Both the position numbers and the translations under genes were made by a program. From positions 1-23,711 of the forward strand of contig NW_021836545.1 of the NCBI RefSeq assembly GCF_006345805.1: a DNA stretch of 23,711 bases. The letters run 5' to 3'. The DNA comes from Octopus sinensis (taxonomy: Eukaryota). Shown piece after piece: positions 17,956-23,711 of the stretch (its first letter is position 1; every line of letters starts with the position of its first letter). The notes beneath the pieces were generated by a model that was given only the letters and a program-made list of their open reading frames with translations, was not told where the DNA came from and did no database searches.

Positions 17956-18180
17956 TTGTGCGAGCGTATGTGTTTGTTCCACACCACCGCTTGAAACCGG
18001 CGTTGGTGTGTTTACATCCCCGTAGCCTAGCAGTTCGGCCGAAGAGACTGATAGAATAAGTACCAATCTCAGCAAGAAAATTTTTTTTAATAAGTATCGG
18101 TGTAAAATCATTCGACTAAAAATTCTTCAAGGCCTTGCCCCTACATTGGCTGCAGTCTAATTACTGAGACAAGTAAAACA
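17728..18180 (+). mobile_element. Diverged full-length CORE-like SINE with internal (TG)n
   Basis: Eroded head (gggttgagtcctactacgtgacac), (TG)n, then ccaccgcttgaaaccggcgttggtgtgtttacatccccgtagcctagcagttcggc...tactgagacaagtaaaa, the reverse complement of the 13423-13600 body. Confidence 0.8.
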
Positions 18181-18239
18181 TACACACTCACACACACACA
18201 CACACCACACCACACCACACAGACACTCATATGGTATTG

Positions 18240-18445
18240 CATTTGTCCGCTTTATAACTGGTCATCTCATGCCAGATGTGCACAACCGGGGTTTGCTTGT
18301 TTATGTTTCCATAACTTTGCATTTCAATTGAATACAAAAGACAAAAAGTACCACGCCTCAAAACGAAAAAACTGAGCGCTAATTGATCGGCTAAACGCTT
18401 CAGCACGGTGCTCCAGAGTGGTCGCTATCAAATAACAGCTACTAA
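18240..18445 (+). mobile_element. Highly diverged 3' half of the CORE-like SINE
   Basis: caaccggggtttgcttgtttatgtttccataact...aaagtaccacg...ggtgctccagagtggtcgc aligns loosely with 17980-18170. Confidence 0.55.
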
Positions 18446-18699
18446 TGGAAAGGTAACAATATAATGGTATAAAAGAATATGTGCATATATGTAAATGTGT
18501 GAGTGTCTCTATGTATGTAAATGTGTGAGTGTGCCAGTGTGTGTGTGTGTGCGCGCGCGCTCATACAAATGCGTCTGCGTAAATGTGTGCGTGTGTTCTG
18601 TTAGATTCCGAGATGAAAAACGATAGAGAGAAGCCAAGATAGATAGGCTCCCATATATGCATATATGAATATTTGAATATACGATAGAAAGATTATAGA

Positions 18700-18713
18700 C
18701 AGATATGTGTATG

Positions 18714-18773
<60 letters not shown>

Positions 18774-18946
18774 TACATATATATATTATATAATATATAT
18801 ATATATATAAAATATATATATATATATATTCATACATATATATTATATAATATATATGTATATATGTGTATGAATATATGTATATATTATATATATAAAT
18901 ATACGTATGGATGTAAGTATATATATATATATATATATATATATTC

Positions 18947-18977
<31 letters not shown>

Positions 18978-19509
18978 TCTTGTATCAATATATATATTGT
19001 ATTCAAGAGTATATGTACTGTATATATTTGCATATTTACACTCAAGCACACACATACAAAACTACCGCATACCAATACCTACCTACATAGAAAATAGACT
19101 TACATATCTTCAAAAAAAAAAAAATTTGTTTTTAATCTCACTAATCTATGCGAAAAATAGTATAGAGACGTACATTAATATTGCATGACATAAAGAGAAA
19201 ATATACTGTTATGAATGTAGCTTTTATCAATATACATATACGTATATATGTGTAAACACACATTCACACGCACACAAGCACACACACACACACATACACA
19301 CACACAAACACACATACACATATATATAAATGATCATACCCATAAATATGTACACATGATATATATGTGCAATATACATACATACATATATAATATATAT
19401 ATATGTATGTATATATAATATTTGTATGTATATATATATATATAAATGTTATGTGTGTATCTATGTATTATATATATATGCATTCATATATCTGCACCAC
19501 TTATATATA

Positions 19510-19554
<45 letters not shown>

Positions 19555-19880
19555 GTATATATATATATATATATATAATATATATATATATGTGTGTGTG
19601 ATGTGTGTGTGTGTGTGTGTGTGTGTGTGTTGTGTATATGTATATATACATATATATATGTATATATTATATATATATATATGTATATAGATATATATAT
19701 ATATCTGTGTGTGTGGGTGTGTGTGGGTGTGTGTTTGGTGTGTGTGTATATGTTATATACATATATTTGTATATACATACATACATACATACATACATAC
19801 ATAAATACATATACTTGTGTGCGAATGAATGTAAGTATATATATATATGCGATTATTATATACACACACATATATATTGC
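18700..19880. repeat. Large compound (TA)n/(CA)n/(TG)n/(TACA)n microsatellite field
   Basis: Direct reading; explains ORFs 18509-19980. Confidence 0.9.
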
Positions 19881-20269
19881 TATAACTATTACCGCTGTAT
19901 AAAACAAATGAAAAGAGCTGATGATATATATCTTTGATACGATACAATGTGTGCTCAGAAAACCAGGCAAAGAATTCCATTGTGTTAACTACCGATCATA
20001 TAAACTAATATTCGTTACTCTATTCTAAATATTAAAAACCTGGGAGAATTGTTAGACTTATCTGCGTTAATATTTTTTAAGCATCCAATAGTTAATGTCT
20101 ACTACGAAAATTCGAAGTGTTTGCTAATCTGTAAATCGGAGGTATAGAATTATATAGGAGGAGTATGCATGTGAGGTTTAAGGGGTGTTTATTTCGTATG
20201 ATCTTCCGTCGGCCTCAGCGACGAGTCTTGTGTTGTTGGAACAAAACGGAATCACTCCAGTTGAAAGTG

Positions 20270-20506
20270 CGGGGTTTTCAAAAAGGTCTCTCCGCAGTAT
20301 TTTATTGCATAATAAATATTTATAAGATGGTATAAAACTACAAAAGAATATATTAGACTTTATACGAGCTGGTCAAAATGTCGTCCTTCATTTTCAATAC
20401 ATAATTTGATTCTTCTACACATGTTTTAAAATACATCTTGGAGAGTCTGACTCTTGGAGAGTCGCGATGAAAATATTCACTGCGGAGAGACATTTTGAAA
20501 ACCCTA
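20270..20506. mobile_element. Tc1/mariner-type MITE (237 bp)
   Basis: TIRs cggggttttcaaaaaggtctctccgcagt (20270-98) and actgcggagagacattttgaaaacccta (20479-20506). The right flank is TA and the left flank TG (mutated TA). Non-coding interior. Confidence 0.8.
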
Positions 20507-20518
20507 TATATCTGTGAG

Positions 20519-20790
20519 TGGAGGCGCGTGACTTAGTGGTTAGGGTGTCAGCATCATGATCGCAAGATTATGGTTTCGATTCCTGGACCGGCGATGCGTT
20601 GTGTTCTTGAGCCAAACACTTAAGGACACGTTGCTGCAGTCCACTCAGCAGGCAAAAATGAGTAACGCTGCGATGGACTGGCGTCCCGTCCAGCTGTGGA
20701 ACACATACACCCTAGAAACCGGGAAACCGGGCCCATGAGCCCATGAGTTCATGAGCCTAGCTAGGCTTTAGAAGGGCGCACTTATTTATT
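20519..20790 (+). mobile_element. Full-length tRNA-derived SINE with exact 14-bp TSD
   Basis: A-box-like tgacttagtgg, B-box ggtttcgattcc, tail ttatttatt. TATATATCTGTGAG at 20505-20518 and 20791-20804. Confidence 0.92.
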
Positions 20791-21272
20791 TATATATCTG
20801 TGAGGGACTGTCATAACCTAGTCATAAAATATATCCAGGAAGGAAAACTGCATAGACGGAAACTGTGTGGATGATCATCGGGTCGCCTGTATTCATAATT
20901 CAATAGACGACACATAATTGTAAGTTGTATTACGCTGATTCGTCTTGAAAATTACCGTAACAGTACGAGTATCTGTAGAATATTCAACAAATTCCAGTAT
21001 AATTCGAATAGTAGATAAGGTCTGTTGATTGAAAAACCGGATGTACTCATGGATAAAACCATCTGAGGTTCCAGTTCATTATGCTAGTTCGACCTACATT
21101 CTCCAACGTATTCAGTTTTTTGTTACAGACACTAATAGTAAGTTATGTAAGGGACATTTGGCTGTCAAAATAACAATGTATGTTCTCTTTCGTTGGTTGG
21201 TGAAAACATTTTAATAATGAATGGATACGCAACAAAACAAATTTTCTCACGCCATTGTCTTTTCGTTTTCTA

Positions 21273-21700
21273 TCTTTTACTTGTTCTAGTATTTAAACTG
21301 CGGTCATGTTGGGGCACTATCTTGAAAGAGGTATCAGTCGGGAAAACCACCACTTATTTAATTTTAAAGCCTGGAACTTATTCTGTCAGTTTATTTTGCC
21401 AGACCGCTAAGTAGCGGGGGTGTAAACAAATTAACAAAGGTTATCAAACGGTGTCGGTGGGGTGACACAATATAAGCGCAAGAGCGCACGCAGACTTGCA
21501 CAAACACTTACATACGCACACACACACACATACACACACATAAATACATATACATATATGTGTATGTGACAGGCGTCCTTCAGTTTCCATCTACCACATC
21601 TACTGACAAAGCTTTCGTCGACCCGAGTCTAAGGCACTTGCCCAAGGTGCCACGCAGTGGGACTGAACCTCGAACCATGTGGTTCGGAAGCAAGTTTCTT

Positions 21701-21708
<8 letters not shown>
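21273..21708 (-). mobile_element. Full-length CORE-like SINE with internal (CA)n
   Basis: Collinear with 13423-13878; CORE-like ggcaccttgggcaagtgcc and B-box-like ggttcagtccc on the minus strand. Confidence 0.88.
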
Positions 21709-21740
<32 letters not shown>

Positions 21741-22279
21741 ACACACATATATATAATATACGGATTTTGAAAATGATGTGGCTATCATCTTAAGCTCCTC
21801 ATACAGAGTCGGCTATCAGTTCATATAATAATCAATTACAAAGTAGTGTAATATAAAGAGACCGTCTAACTAAAGCTACAAGAAATCCGATGTATAAAAT
21901 AATTCCGAGAAGTGTATATAAAAATATAAAGTTAGGAAGTATAAGAGGTGACTATAGATTTATATAACAATATGATCTCCATAGGATTATGGCCGTTTCG
22001 CAACTGTTGATGTAGCCATGATAAGGTGCTTATTTTATTTGCATTAATTTTTTTTTTAATATACGATATATATACATTAATGCAAACATGTAGACATAAT
22101 TTCTTATATTCTGAAATTAATACTACATGAAGGATACTAAACGGTCGTTCGGTCGTAAACCTATGAAAATCTCGTGGTGAAATAAATCTAGTTACCTCTC
22201 ATACGGCGTGATTTTATAATTTATGTTTTGTGTGTGTATGAGTGTGTGTGTGTGTGTATGAGTGTGTGTGTGTATACAT

Positions 22280-22490
22280 GTTCAGACTTCCTAACAGTTT
22301 CCATCTACGAAGGTCACTCACAAAGCATTGGTCGGCACGGAGCTATAGCAGAAGACACTTACCTTACAGTTGTTCTGATTCCCAAAGCACGCAGCTGTTA
22401 AGCGAGGCTCCCCCTTAACCATGAATGCTTTAGAAAGGAGGCCTAAAGAGCTTGCCAACTCTGCTAAAAATAGCAGCCAAATCTACTTCA
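22280..22490. mobile_element. Truncated CORE-like SINE fragment (minus strand) abutting another repeat fragment
   Basis: cagtttccatctacgaaggtcactcacaaagcattggtcggcacggagctatagcagaagacactt (to ~22370) matches the CORE-like family. The following segment ending ctctgctaaaaatagcagccaaatct looks like a different SINE tail (recalled, not verified). Confidence 0.6.
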
Positions 22491-22639
22491 AATTATAAAA
22501 TGTGTTATGAATGCCTGTCACATTCGTTCAACAGCTCTTAGATATGCCAAAGCACAGCGTGGTTGAGTAGTTTATTAAAAGTATTGTGATTCTAGCCTTT
22601 GTCTTTGACTTGTGGTTCTTGAAGGTACTATAGGGTTTT

Positions 22640-23711
22640 CTAACATTTGTTGCTATTGTTGTTGTTGCGTTAATATTGTTTTCAATATTGTTTGATATTA
22701 TATGATATTGTTTTCTGCATGTACTGAATCTTATTGCTATTGTTGTCCTTGATTTTGTTGTTGCAGCACTGTGGCAGCCATGTTTGTTGTGTTGTTTTGT
22801 TTTTCATTGCTGTTGTTATTGTTGTTTTGTTTATCATTGTTCTTGTAACGTTGTCGTCATTGTGTCTACTCTTATAGATGATAGTGTTGTTGTTGCTGTT
22901 GTTGTTGCTTTGTCTATTTTTGTTATTGTTGGTACTTTTTTTCGCTGTGTTGTTTTTTTTTTAGATTTTGTTAGTATTGTTGCCAGTGTAATTCACAAAT
23001 GGCTGCAGTGGTAACACAGATGATGGTATGATGATGATGGTGGAGGTGGTGATGGTGGTGATGTTGGTGGTGGCAGTGGTGGTGGTGGCGCTGCTGCTTG
23101 CTGATGATGATGATGATCAGCATCGTGATGGTGATAGCAGTGGTGATGCTAATGATGATGATGACCTTGTTGGTGATGAGCATGATCCTGATCATCACGA
23201 TGATAGTAGTGGTAGGTAGCGATGATGCTGATGACGGTGGGGGGGGGAGGTGATCCTGTTGTAGATGATTGTGATATTGATGATGATGATGATGATGAAG
23301 ACGACGATGATGATGATGAAGATGATGATGTTGGTGGTGGTAGTGGTGATGTCAGTGATGATGATGACGAGGATGAGAGTGGAGCCGGAGGAGGAGGTGG
23401 ATGATGATGATGATGATGTTGGTGGTGGGTGACGGTGATGATGTTGACGTTGGTTGGCAGTGATGATGATGACGATGATGATGATGATGATGATAGTGCG
23501 TGTGATGTTGATAATGATGTCTGATGACTATTTCGATGACGTTGTTGCTGATGGTGACGCTGATGACGACGACGATGACGATAATGATGATAATGGTGGT
23601 GATGATGATAATGGTGGTGGTGGTGGTGATGGTGGTGGTGATGGTGGTGGTGGTAGTCTTGGTCGTCGTGATGAGAGCGGCGATGGGGATAATGATTGAG
23701 AGACTACGCAC
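22640..23711. repeat. Degenerate triplet-repeat field: (TTG)n-rich, then (GAT)n/(GGT)n/(GAC)n
   Basis: Direct reading; explains the poly-D/G/M/H/I ORFs at 22784-23711. Confidence 0.9.

Noticed and set aside
18760-18980. Higher-order repetition of 'attcatacatatatatattatataat' within the (TA)n field
   Set aside because: Expected from unequal exchange or slippage within a microsatellite, and sensitive to assembly error.
22784-23711. Acidic/Gly-rich ORFs resembling biomineralisation or low-complexity proteins
   Set aside because: Several short ORFs in different frames on both strands, separated by stops and frameshifts, with no signal peptide or clear splice context; best explained as triplet repeats.

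Overview
AT-rich, repeat-saturated non-genic (intronic or intergenic) eukaryotic DNA. The SINE families and microsatellite spectrum look like an octopus/coleoid cephalopod genome (inference from recalled repeat families, not verified by search). No intact protein-coding gene is supported: most ORFs in the track are translations of (TA)n/(CA)n/(AAT)n/(GAT)n microsatellites. Recognisable coding remnants are a collapsed Ty3/Gypsy pol (884-1770), a CR1-type LINE 3' end (4735-5074), an internally deleted mariner (9567-9927) and a Tx1/L1 zf-RVT fragment (10564-10866). There are also about 15 tRNA-derived SINE copies or fragments from several families and a Tc1/mariner-type MITE. The main unexplained signal is a set of minimal type I hammerhead ribozyme (HHR) motifs of the Penelope-like-element (PLE) kind, in three apparently unrelated non-autonomous elements. 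(1) A 720-bp palindrome (8377-9096) built from two head-to-head tRNA-headed, HHR-tailed units, flanked by an exact 13-bp direct repeat. (2) A ~520-570-bp family present twice, with an intact HHR at 6680-6742. (3) A long-stem-II HHR with a mutated core at 3835-3927. A pre-miRNA-sized hairpin (7112-7180), an element embedded in (AAT)n tracts and two candidate small exons are also noted.
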